A program made the translations under genes and the position numbers. This document shows, piece after piece, positions 1-18,300 of a DNA stretch of 64,000 nt (the stretch's first letter is position 1; each line of letters begins with the position of its first letter). The DNA comes from Ramazzottius varieornatus (taxonomy: Eukaryota; Animalia; Tardigrada). The notes under the pieces were generated by a model. It saw only the letters and a list, made by a program, of their open reading frames with translations. It did not search any database and was not told where the DNA came from. The stretch is from NCBI GenBank assembly GCA_001949185.1, contig BDGG01000003.1, positions 2,835,158 to 2,899,157 of the forward strand, in the 5' to 3' direction.

Positions 1-684
1 AGTCGCTGCTGCAGACAAAGCATCCCATACTTCTTTCTTGCCTTCGTAAGCAGGCGCGGTTTCCCAGAAGACCTTCCGCTTCTCGGCGAGCTGTTCAGCG
101 GTCATAGCAGCTTGACTTCTCCAGCGAAGCTTTTCTTTCATCAGCTGCTGACTCTTCCCAATCGCCACCGCTAAAACAAAACGCAAAATAAATATTGAAT
201 GTTGATAACAGATGGGATGCCGGCCATTCAGTTGAACGCGATCGTTATCTCGAGTGGCGCACATTTTCATCGTTACTTGCTGAGCATGTGCACCACTTGG
301 GAAAACGACCATGTTCAAGCCTTCTATCGACATCCCAGATTATAACCAAACTAAAACCGAGACGAGTCCCAAAAATAGTCATCAGCAACTCATCAGAAAA
401 GGTAAGATATATGTTCATCTAACAAAAACCACAAGAGATTCAAAAGAAATTAGAAAATTGGCGAATAGAATTTAGTCATCAACTTGAGTTACTGTTTTCA
501 TTTTCTAATATTGCTCTATGTTGCGCGAACCTCCTTCATAGCGACTTCCGGTGGTGACTTCTCGGCTTTCCGAATTATTGCTAAAGTTATTGGCAGACTG
601 CGACTGCGAGCTGGGAATGGTCCGCCGGCGGTGAGGAGGTGGTGTGACCTGGCCAGCACGCTGCGACCCAATACAGCCACCCAT
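1..684 (-). CDS. UBTD: Ubiquitin domain-containing protein UBTD1/UBTD2-like, 5' part (gene continues beyond the window start)
   Basis: Exon 1 starts at ATG 684 (MGGCIGS, a myristoylation-type start). Exon 2 (170..1) reads [56 protein letters not shown], matching the UBTD signature [22 protein letters not shown]. Confidence 0.88.
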
Positions 685-1877
685 ACACGCGAATAGGCGC
701 ATCAGGCAAGGCTGCAAGGATTGACAAGCCAGCTCAATAACTCGATCGATTCCCCTCGTTAAGATGATCAACAGGATTCTCTTCTCCAGACGGGGGTTTG
801 TGAAGAAAGGCTTCGTCGAGCAACTGTAATCGAAATATCTGGTAATAGGCAAAAGGTACCGGAAATACTGTCTTAACGCGGAGCCTACACTGCCAGCTCC
901 GCAAAAGAAAGGATATTTGGGTTACACGCTTATTCCTCCCACAGGACCTACACCGCCATGATATGATGGTAAAACCCTTATAAGATTTCACAAGGGTGTA
1001 AGGAGCAGTACAGGATAAAAGTCGAGAACGACTGCAGCACCTAAGTTAGCTCTTACCCCAAGGCTACGGCACACAGTCCCACCGCTTTACTTTCGCTTCG
1101 CAGTGATGACAACGAGATGGGCTCTTTGGCTTAGCGAAAAGGTTCAACGTATGCTGCAGAAGAGGGGAAGAAAGGTGCCTTGCAAGCGTGAAGGGAAGTG
1201 TTGAGGCGAGACGCTAGGGTAGATGGCTGCTTCAGCTGTGATCGAGAAGAGGCTATCGACTTACAGTTACAAATGGCGTCTTGGCACCTTAAGACGCTAA
1301 TATCCTGGAGAAAACATTACATTAATCCTGTCGCAAATAGCAGCAGGAACGGAAGCAGCAGGATGATGACAAAGGAAGGCAGCGTACCCGAATGTGCAAT
1401 CGCTGCATCTGACGATCACAAAGGTGCCCTCATCATCTGCTTCTTCGGACTCCTCATGGCGAACGCTCAACAAATCCCACTCACCGCAGTACTAGGAAGA
1501 CTAGATAGTACAGAAATGGTGGACGATGGAGAGTTTGATTGGATCTTAGTCTTACTGCAGAAGATGTCAAAGAAACAAAAAGAAATGAGATCGTTCACTC
1601 GTGATTCATGGATAGAGAGGATTCATACAGCCGACTTCCGCCCCAGGGGCATCTCTATTCTCTAACTTAACTTGGCCCAAACGTCGCCCAGGGTTTTTCC
1701 GGCCCATGGAATCGATGAAAACCTTCTTTTTCCTTCATTCGTACGAGTGTAACAAAATCTCAGTATCGAAAAGCATAAAAAAGAAAAGCGCCCAACGAGT
1801 AAAATAAAAATACCGGAGTATACAGTACACTGGGAAAATATGGCGAACCAATAACTGCGGATCGAATTATGCGCATT

Positions 1878-7571
<5,694 letters not shown>

Positions 7572-8013
7572 CTTGACTCAGGTACCGGTAAAGTTGAGGA
7601 TGGGCCGGAAGTCTACAAAGAAACAAGATAAACTTCACTAATGAAATTGTATATAACTGAAAATCGAATAGAAACCTAAATCCTTACTTACATGTTGCAA
7701 AAGAAATCAGGCCACCGACTGCAGGCCTGTGGGATCCAGAAGCTTGGTTGCAAATGGGCAAAAGAATGGATCGGCGGTGGCAGAGGATGGAATCCGATGG
7801 ATCAATCCTCGTCGTTCTCGATGTCCCGTTCAAATATCAAAATGACTTCATCGATATGAAATTCGATAGCGCGCCGATGAAATCTGAACTCTGGAGGCGG
7901 TTTGTTTGTTCTGACTTATGAATTATGATCTCATTCCTCAACAGTTTCTCAAATTTCAACTAGGAGTTTGCGATATGTAGTGACATCACATACGTTACAG
8001 ACAATAATGGGGC

Positions 8014-8049
8014 CGCCTGATCGCCTGATCGCCTGATCGCCTAATCGCC
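8014..8049. repeat. 8-bp tandem repeat (CGCCTGAT) x ~4.5
   Basis: cgcctgat cgcctgat cgcctgat cgcctaat cgcc, upstream of ABCC10. Confidence 0.9.
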
Positions 8050-8415
8050 ACGCCGGCTCATGAACCTCTATCGAAGATTATCAAAGGTTATCAAACCTTT
8101 GCCTTTATAGTCGATACAGATGTCGTCAGCAATTCACGATGCGATGAAGCATATTTGCTAAAATAAACAACTTACATGAATCGGTTGTAAACACGGACAG
8201 CAGAAAGAAAATAGCGTACGGAGTCACAGGAACACAGACGAAAACCCGTAACTGGGGTGTCGGACCCAAACAAACTGTCCCCAGGTTAGAGCAATGAGTA
8301 CCCAAGTGACACACCAAAAATATGCATCTCGGAAAGCTTCGCAAGCTAAGTACTTGACTGACTCTGTGCTTCCAAGTAAGAGCTGTCATAAATCGAACAA
8401 AACTCAGCAGAGATT

Positions 8416-11400
8416 TCAGGAGCGCAGAACACCATCGGCTTTAAACTTCGAACCGATTCGCCCGAGCAGCCAGTAAGTAGAGTCGTCTGTCTGTAAACGA
8501 ATAAGATCAACGAAATCCAGAATCACCCAGTGTTGTTGTTTCAATGACGCAGTCAAGCTGAATAATAATGGTTCTTACGGTGCTCACGAAGTCTTCCGAG
8601 TCCCTCTTCTGCAGATCGAATCCACCCAGCTTGGTCAGAAGGTCTCTGCAGGCTTTACTGACGTGAATTCTTTGCGCTGGAAAAAAACACTATGGCACTT
8701 TCGTGTAGACTTTTAACATCATCTGGTCGTCATTACCTATTCCCGTTTGCTCCATGCGAGCAGCGTGCGTGACAGTGGGTCCGAACAGAGTGTACCTTGG
8801 CATCTTGGTTCCTACGACACCGGTCAAAACAGGGCCTGAAGGAGAAACGACGTTACCAAACAAGGAACTATAATTGAGCCGGAAGTCTTGAAAGGTCATT
8901 GATCGCCTTTCATGATGACCATCATATATCTACTATAAGTTGACGCCGAACTGTTGCGTGGTTTTCGGTAGGCTTGAGTTTACGTGACGATGTTTGGTCA
9001 TTTAACTGGGATCAAATTAGATTTACGAACCGGTATGGAGACCAATCCTCAGCTTGAGACGATCAGAAGGCAAATGGACAATTTTGAATTCGTGGACCGA
9101 CCGGAGAAAGATTAGTGACAGATCGGCAATTTCTTTTGCATGCTTCAAAAAGCCGAAAAAAAGTTAAGCTTGAACCTGGCACAATGGTAGTTAAATTTCT
9201 TTTCACGAACCTTATCTCCGTTACGGTGTGGTAAGCCCGAACAAACCTGCGAAGTTAAACTACTCACGTTTGGTCTGTCCAAATTCGTATTTGAGAAATG
9301 AGACCCGGAAGCATCACGTACCATGTAAGCGTCACCTACAACAGACATGTCACGATTTAGAGGAGCTCTTCGAAAATTCCAGGCCAATGCAACCGGCCCA
9401 GAAAAGGTATATTATTTGAACAGTTACCAATGGTTTCCACTTTGTAAACATCATGTGCATCGAGTTCCTCGTCGAACTCTGAATACAGAGTATTCAGCAT
9501 TTCCACGACTTGCATCGGGGTACTTTTCGCGCTGATCTTCGTGAAACCTATCCGCGAAATCTTTCGTTAAACCTTTCTGGTAAAACCGGTACTGTATATT
9601 TCTAACAATATTTACCCACGATATCCGAAAAATAGATCTATAGAAAAAAGAACAACTTGGATAATATTGAATGACCACGAGGATATAGAGGAACCTGCTG
9701 GCACACACCGTCACAGCGTCGTAGTGCTCGGCTGAGATGGCTTCACCGCGTTTCAGAGCATCGGAGATGGATGGCGGAAGCATTCCTGTGCATCATCGAA
9801 AGATTGAAGCAAACCCGCGGTGTGGTTGTCAGTACTTCGAGAGAAAAGATACTTACGATGTAATAAACCTTCCCCCTTCTTCTTCTCTGCCGAAATTTCT
9901 GTTGTCTGGTTAGCCAGTTGTTTAGCCGAGCTCCCAATGAATTTATTTATCCGCGTTACCGACAAAACGTACCAAAGGCACAATGGCGGACACACGATTA
10001 CCGAAAATATCAACAAAGCCAGAGCTCCAGAGAACTCGGCTTCCGCTGTACTGATCTAAAAACGAGAAAAAACGTGGAGACAAACCGCAATACTATTTCG
10101 TTGTCCTGCGGGGTGATGAGCAGGGTAACGCAAATGAAATCGCGAACCTGGAGGTGAAGAGCGCCGTTTACGGTAGTGACCAGATTGCCCTCAAGAGCAC
10201 TTATTGAGTCCATGTACGTTGTCATGTTTCCAAACCATAACTAAAAATAATAAGACCGTATTGAATTATCAGAATGGTTTTCTTTGGTGGGACCAATGAT
10301 CTTCTGCACCAGCCCTCTTGCAACATCCGCGCTCTGTGGAACGTTCGCCAATATTATGGGCCTCATCCTTTCAAACAGTAGGCTGGTGAGGTTCTCCTTC
10401 CCGGTTAGGATCTTCTTGTACAGTGATCTGCTGTCCTCCGAGTGATCGAAACATATCTCGAAAAAGGTCTTCGACTTAACATACACATCTGAAAGAAACG
10501 ATTATAAATGTCCATACAGTAAGCAGGTCCAAATTTTGTGACAGTATTGAACTCGGACTGCCTTACCGAAGAACATGTCGTGTTCATCCGGGGTACTGTA
10601 TCCTTTGGAAAAATATGCGCTTCCAAGAGCCCGCTGGATTCCTGTCCGTATGGATAAATAGAACGTCAGCAAATACTTTCGCGCAGATAGTTTCCACGAG
10701 TGGCGCGTAATCTTATCGTTACTGGTCGAAAGGGTGCGCCACTTGGAAAAACGATCTGCGTGAATTCATCTGCCGATGTTTCAGTTAATTCTTTTTATCA
10801 AACTTCATATTCAGGTTCACTTTGGTCATCGCATTCTCGCTTACCAAAGGCTTCTTTCGTGTTCGTGAACAGTTCGAGCGCGAACAGGTTCTTCCATAGT
10901 TCGCCGCCAATATCCCCACTAAGTTTCACATCCCTGTTCATCAATTTCAGCGCTCCTTCGATCAAGCGAGTGTACCAGACGACCTCCTCAATCGATGTGT
11001 GGTTGGATTTTCTATCAATCCTATGACGTAGCAAGCGATTCCTGAGAATAAAGAAAAAACGACAGACGGTTAGTCAACGTTTTTCATACGGACTAGATAA
11101 CAAAGTGTAGCTCCGGGCTACCGAAAATTGGCGGATGTTGACAGCCATTCCACATCATCCGGCTTTCCGGGCCACAAGTTTACGGCCGAGATCCCTTGCT
11201 CCGTGGACGCCCGAAGCTTAATCAAATTATTCCAAGTTACATTGCTGCTGCAAACACATCGCAAAGAGTGAAAAATTGAACAAATATGGGAAAAGAGGGA
11301 AAAATTGAACAAATATCCTGCCAGATCATAAAAGACACGGACCAGTCCTTTGAGTCGTATTTACTCACTTGTTCGAACTGAGAAACAAGCTGCAACAGGA

Positions 11401-11831
11401 AGAGTGATAAATGTTTCTTGTTGAAATAAAACAACCTAGAAGTGGAACACACCTGGTCATTCCACGTTCGCGTTGCAGTCTGGTGACGACCTCGCCGACC
11501 TGAACGCTCGCAGCTACCGCTGCGGCGGTGGACTTGGCAATTTGTTTTGCGTTCAGAGCAGTATACATAATTAGTCCACACTATAAAAAAAGAAGAATCA
11601 AATTAAGGTTGCCACATGAAAAACAAAACATTCAAACGAACAAACACTTACCTGGAAAAAGAGGACTGTCATCGGCACGCAAAGGACCAACACTAATTTC
11701 AGGAAACGCTTTTTCCGGATGGATGGCGAATCCTGAACAAGTTGTAAGAACTCCCTGGCAGTGGCATGACCAACACTCAGGCTGCTTTGAGCAGTACTTT
11801 GACCACGCGGAGAAGCATGACCGCGAACCAT
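8416..11831 (-). CDS. NIT-domain transmembrane guanylyl cyclase, copy A (catalytically atypical); start codon uncertain (11831, or further upstream near 12071)
   Basis: Spliced exons give TM1 ([18 protein letters not shown]), NIT motifs [20 protein letters not shown]|IQRALG and [12 protein letters not shown]2 ([23 protein letters not shown]), a coiled coil ending LLH/MLPPSI, and a cyclase domain with [49 protein letters not shown] and TYWLL. Stop at 8416. Confidence 0.85.
10682..10760. repeat. Hairpin/MITE-like element copy in an intron of NIT-GC copy A
   Basis: CGCAGATAGTTTCCACGAGTGGCGCG ... GTGCGCCACTTGGAAAAACGATCTGCG. Confidence 0.75.
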
Positions 11832-12789
11832 CTTTGCCAAAAGCGCCTTTGGTGATACTCGTTCCTGCTTCGCGCGGTCAAGCTGTTAAGTTCTTACAAA
11901 CAGTCGGACGCGGCGGACGACCTCACGAAACTTCTGTAGACTTGTACAGTGGTACAGACGATCATTGGGATGCACGAGACTTGTCGAAGTGCGCAATGCA
12001 ATCGATGTCGTGTAGGTTCGATGCCGTTTAGGACCTCCCCACAGGACCGACCCTGTAGGCGGGAATGGCATCTGCTAATAACTCCTGGGACTCTATAGAC
12101 GCATTCATGCAGCTAATTTGGTATCGTTTAGGTTGTTTTGTAAAACCGAGCGCTGTCACCCTGAAATTCCATTGAACCCTGTAACATGCTTTTTTTCAAG
12201 TCTGTCGGCGTTCCCACTGAGAGATGTCTACGGCCGCCCATCTTCCGCATCCGCTCGGCGACATCAGGTCTGTCAAATACCCAACGAAAACGACATCTAC
12301 AAGTGGCCAAAATCTAACTTTATTGGACGACAGTGCCCATCCTGTCATCATAGCACGTTACTAAACATCAGGCCATCCGAAATTTAAAGAACAAGGTAAT
12401 TAATTGTCAAGGCGGTTATCGGCCTTGATCTTTCGTGAAGGACTCATACGGTTCCCCGCAATTTGTTAGACCTCACGGCTCTTGACGAGAACTAATGTAC
12501 ACGTGAAACCGTTAGATTCTCTTTAGACTGCCAAGAAAATCAGCTTTTCCTGACTGTTCAAACGCCAACCGACTTTCCAGTTCGGACTCCAGAGAACTGG
12601 CGGATATCGTGCTACGGAGCTCTTGACCACTTCGAGAAGGCTCAAAAGAAAACGCTTGGCGACTTCTCCTGAATACCGATTGCCGTTCCGGCGAGGCAGC
12701 CCCGATGCACCCTAAATGTGCATTGCAGGAAAGCTTTTCCAGTGTGCGAGGTTTTCCCTGAGTCTATTTTCACCATGTGATCATGAGTA

Positions 12790-14370
12790 TCGAATCTCGC
12801 GTAAAGCGAGTTCAGAAACTCGATAACCTCGAAAGAGATCGAAGGTGTTAAAGTCAATGTAATCTCGATTATAAACGGGCGGCACTTGAAATTTTTGCCT
12901 TCATTACTGCAATACCGATACCGGCGTGAACGAACAGGAGGCCGGCAGTTTCGTGAGTTCAAGTACAACATCGTTATAAGCAATCAACAGAACAATTTGC
13001 ACACAAACTTGACTTGCAGACGGATTAATGGATTAACCACTACCTGCAATATATCATATCACAATCGTAGCATTCGGCACCAGACAATGGTCAAGTACGG
13101 TTCGAATGCCCAGCTCCCGTATCGGATATAATCGACAGTAAGGACAAGGTGACATTGCCTGGTCGTCTAAACGAAGTTTGATGAGGGCAGTCAGATCCAC
13201 CTCGGTGGGCTTGATGAGGTCAGCGATCCATACAGTCACTTCGGCGAACCAACCCTGCCGGAAAACTTGAAAGCTTAAATAGTCAACCAGAATGAAACTG
13301 TGAGTTTTGCAGTAGGTTTTTACTTGGTTGGTTTTGTTGCTCGTCATGTCGGGGACGTCTGTCATGCTGGAAGAATTTCCCCAGGTCGCGTCCACGAACT
13401 TCTGGATATTTGCGATTGATTCGATTATGTTCTTGTGCAAGCTTTCTGCTCCGCACAGAGTGCAGGCATGCTGGGCGAGCAGAACCGGCGTCTGAACTTG
13501 CGCCTGTGCAACAAAGGACAGCTAATATATGCGGATCGATTCAACATTTTTATATGTCTCTGTCAGTGAAAAGGACTGATCTAGTGGGGGGATAATTATC
13601 ACAACTTCATCGAGCTTATTCTGCAGCAAAGACCAGCATAAAACGGGAGCGTGCCGGTGTCGTTTCGGAATTCCGAAACTCGCTCCCAGTCAATCAGACT
13701 ATAGGGGAAAAAATCGGCTTACCAGCGTGAATGCACTGTCCAGGCCCCAGCACCGTAACTCTTACCTCAGTGATGATAATCAACATCATGGATCCCGGAA
13801 CGAAAGAGACTGAATTTAAGTTAGCAACTTTACGAAAGGCTGAAACAGTAAGAAGGCACCTTGTCACCCCTCTTTCCTTCTGTAAACAAGTGACCAGGGT
13901 CCCAATCTCCAGTCACTTCATTATTCGTATCTGTCGCAAGGTGCTGGCTCCTGACCACCTTGGATTATGAGCCCACACTACTCGTACAGAAATACAGCAA
14001 CTAAAACTATCATAGATAAGTTTGGACCATGCAGGAACGAAGCTTACTTCAATGAAGACCACTATCGTCGATACGGCGAAGATGACCAGCAGTCGGACCA
14101 ATCTGGCACGATGGACGGCGTTGTTATCTTTGGCGAAGTGCACCGGACCAGCCGTGTTTGCCTTCCACGTCGTGACGATCAGGTCCGGCAAGTTCTTCGG
14201 TGTCGTTCGGCGAACGCTGTCCAGTCTCGAAATGGTAGCCGGCACAGCCAAAGACAGTGTGGCACCGGACTGCCCACGGTCCGAAAGGACGGAGCCATTA
14301 AGAGACAGTATATGGACGAGACTGTCGCGACGAAATTTTCGGCACAGTGTCGAATGGAACCTTGTTCTGT
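12790..14370 (-). pseudogene. Decayed, internally deleted NIT-guanylyl cyclase copy B (derived from copy C)
   Basis: [22 protein letters not shown] matches copy [23 protein letters not shown]. The NIT exon EIGTLVTCLQKERGVT is out of frame because of small deletions. Only [13 protein letters not shown] (about 12828-12790) remains of the cyclase domain. Confidence 0.75.
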
Positions 14371-15334
14371 GTTTTAAACGAGCAGCAATTTAGAGGAAAA
14401 AGGGTTCCTGCGCTGTTATCTATAACTTCGGTTCGCGGATGGCAAAACGCGTTTTTCCAAGGGTATCAAACCAGCCTAAACCCCCTACCATGCAGCCTCC
14501 AACCGCTGTGCCATTTGGCAAATCCTAATGGCACAGCGGCACCTGGTAAAGATGCATAGCACACTGTACCGGTTGACACGCACCGATCTTATTACAGCTC
14601 AACTTAATCCATACGGTACCGCAACGGCAGCCTCTGCTCTTTTATTCGATCATCTCTCGTGAGTATAAAATTACAAATTTCCGTGACCATGTCTGAACGA
14701 AATGCAATCATATAATACCACAAGTATTTTTCTTGGAGATCCACAACGGCAATGAATTTTTCCAACTAATACGTGTTTTCAATTTCTCCAGACGTAATTG
14801 CGTCTCCTTCGTGATATTCCCCTAGCTTTAACTTCCAATTCCAACACGGAATAGCGCAACAGCTGTGGGACTCTCACAGTTTCACTCGCCGACGGGAAAT
14901 TTAACCTCCGACAAACAACTGATGTTGACCCCGCTCACTGGGACGGCATGCTTTGTGCTGTCGGAAAATGAAAACGTCGGCGAATGAAAGACGTCGGCAA
15001 ATAGGTACGGTTTGTGCAGTCAATTAAATTACAGAGATTGAGTTGGTACATCCGGCTTTGGTAACAGCAAGTCCCAGAATTCGAACTAGCTGTGTACGGC
15101 TGGCTCATCAAGGGACCAGCCAATCGCTCTGGCACCCAACTGCTTTTGTAGTTTGCAACAGATACTCTTCAACATGCTACAACAGCGAAAATTTACCCCG
15201 GGTCAAACTTCGCGGGAATTTGGCAAAATACAACTTACAGCAGGAGGACCTTCAATCCCAAGGGAACCTTGCAGCTGATATCACACTTTACGGAGCCAGA
15301 ACACGAACAGAAAGTCTCTGGCTGCGATGAATGA

Positions 15335-18300
15335 TCAGCTTTCCCACTCTTGCAGCGCCAGTCGAGCTTGCCGTTCGGCTTCGTGGAGGTCCACGGAGAA
15401 CCCGATGTCTGCTGACCGGATCAACCACCATGTCACCATGCTACCTTTTCCCTGCAACGACGACGGTTCTCGTACTGCGAAATAAAGTGACCAGTATATT
15501 ACAGCCTGAAATGTCACACCTTGACTTCTATATGGCCTCTACAGTCGAACTCGAAACCTCCCAGTTCGTCCAAGGCTCGTTTACAGGAATCGCTCAAGTG
15601 GATTCTCAAAGCTACGAGCCGACAAAGACAAAGTCGGTTAGATTGCCAATCAAACGAGTTTCTTAAGAAAGCAAGAAAGCAGAAGGCCTTACGTGCGCCA
15701 TGAGATTCCATGCGGGAAGCTGTGTTGACAGTGTCTCCAAATCTATCAAAAATACGGCAAGGCCATTCAACCGCGCAGGAAACCTTATCTGTCAAACAAA
15801 CAACCCACCGATTGTGAAAAAGAGTACAAGTTATTACTTACAGACAATACCGAGGCATCTTCAGGCCAATTACACCAGCCACACAGCTTCCTTCAAAGAA
15901 AGCAGTCGAATCAGTCATTGCAACGAAAATTGGTCAGTCTTGTGCCTATGCTCACCTGTGTGCATACCGATCCGGAGTAAAAGCTTTTTATGTGGCAGGT
16001 GTGGTATCACAAAGCTCTTGACCAGTTCCAAAAGGCTCAAAGAAAGATTGGCGACCTCGCCCGAGTGCCTGTTTCCATTGCGCATCGGCAAGCCCGAAGC
16101 AACCTGGAGCAAAAATACGATGGAACCATAAAAGTATCGGTGGTACGCCGCGGTAAACGCCTTACCATGTAAGCGTCTCCTGCAAAAAGTGAAACAGGTA
16201 TCTGGATCAGATTGATTTTCAGCTTACCTGACACCGTTTGCTCAAAAGAAAGTCAACATACCGATTGTCTCGACTTTGTAGACGTCGAACCGATCGATGA
16301 TGGAATCAAACTCCGTGTAGAGAGAGTTGAGAAACTCAATAACCTTCGTGGAGGCGAGCGAATAGACATAATATTAATATCTACGGCACACAAGGACCGT
16401 AAAGGATGCGCACTTTACTCAAATCGTATTAGTACCTGCGTGGACGAGCAGGAAGCAGAAAGCTTCGTAAAATCCACAACATCGCTACGTAAACAAAACA
16501 TTGTTTTGTTAATTTCGGCGTGCGGCATGGAAATGGAAGCTGATTACCTAAAATAGATTGTGACGGAATCGTAATATTCGGCTTCAACTTGGCGGTTCTT
16601 CTTCAGTGCATCGGCGACCGAGGGTGGAAGCATCTGGTACAGAAGTCTTTCCGTGCGTTTCTTCTCAAAGTTCAGCTCGACGGTCTGCTGACCGACGTGC
16701 TCGGCGTAGTTTCCGATCAACTGGGCCATCTTGCTCACGGAGTAGACATACCAGGTACAGAGTAGCGGGCACACGACTATGATAAATATCAATATCGCGA
16801 TTGCCAGGTTGAAGTCATGACGCGCAGCAGCGGCCTATTGAATATTGCTAGATATTGACAGAACCAATTCCCTGGCGGATCTAACGTGCAAAGGACGAGC
16901 AACAATGTTGAAGGTCCTTAAACAACGATCCAGTTCAGTGCATTTGCCCAGCCTACAGGATATACCTGTTCATCCAGATGAAGCAGGATGAAGGTTGTTA
17001 AATCCAACTCGGTCGGTCCGATAACGTCGTCCATCAGGACTGTCATATTGGCGAACCAACTCTGCAAGAAAGAAAATTAATAAAATTATGAATTAGATCA
17101 AGGACATGGAAAAAGAGACGTGCTTGAGCTTTTGCCTGGTCCGTCACGTTGTTCTTTCCATTGGTCAAGTCTGTGCCATTGCCGCGGTCTACTATTAGGG
17201 AAGAGTTATCCACAGATCGGACGTTTCGGAACAGCTTCGCGGATTTCCGGATGTCAATGACCGGCTCACTGTAATGATCCAGCAGACTTTGGTACAAGTC
17301 TTTAGTTCGGGCTGAATGCAGGAACGCAGCATCGAGCAGAACGCGAGCTTGTACTTCCGCCTCTGCAATCAAACAGAACTAATATGAGAACCGAGTCATA
17401 AATCACCAGCGCGTATTTATGAAGCTGCCTGTCAGGTTGGGTATCTCCGTAGGGGACTTGCCATTGAACCATAACTGCTCTTCGGAAGTATGATATCCTC
17501 GCGCGTAGTAATTTCCTCCCAACGCACGTTGCAAACCTTCCGATGAACTCGGGTTAGAACCAGAGTATTGCCCAACAAGAACAAAGTTAAACACTTCCGG
17601 TATATGATAATACTTCGTCATCCATGAGATGGGAGACGGGCAAGGCAAACGTAAGAGATCATTCTGACGAGTCATATATTTTCTCATTGTTATTGGCTGG
17701 AGGGGTGCGCCACTCAATAATTTTACACGTTTTGTTTGCCCAGCTCCCAAATTGTACCTAAAAAGAATCTTTATTGAAAAGTCATGATTAAAAATGCTAA
17801 CCAATTGTGTCCTTGGCCTGGAGTATGAGCTCGTAAGCCACGAAATATCTCCAAAGGTCACCACCGTTGTCTCCACCCATATAGATGTCGCGGTTGACCC
17901 ATTTGATCAAGATCGTGATGGCTGCGGTGTACCAACGAAGCTCACTCAAAGATTGGGTGGTGGAGTTAATTGTCCGCCGGTAGTCCAACAGAAAATTACT
18001 ACAAACGACAAAAGTGCAAATCCAGCTTATCGACTTGCTAAGGGCGTATGTAGAACGGAAGTTATTAGAGCTATATTGGACACGTCCATTAATCTTGGCC
18101 TTGCGATTGGAGAGTACCGATCGAAAAATGAGCACTACGATACCAACCGGAAGTCTTCCCCAGTTGCGAAATGTTTGTCGTCCTGTGGTCCTCCGCGCCA
18201 TTTGGTCACGTGTTCGAACGCCAGGTCGGTGTTATTACGGAATTTCAACACTCGCTCCCAGGCAATGGGACTAGGAACAAAAGTGGACTGATAATTATAA

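Noticed and set aside
1198-1665. 155-aa plus-strand ORF, and a hydrophobic minus-strand stretch (TLPSFVIILLLPFLLLFATGLM)
   Set aside because: No recognisable domain and no consistent splice phase. More likely UBTD 5' UTR or intergenic sequence.
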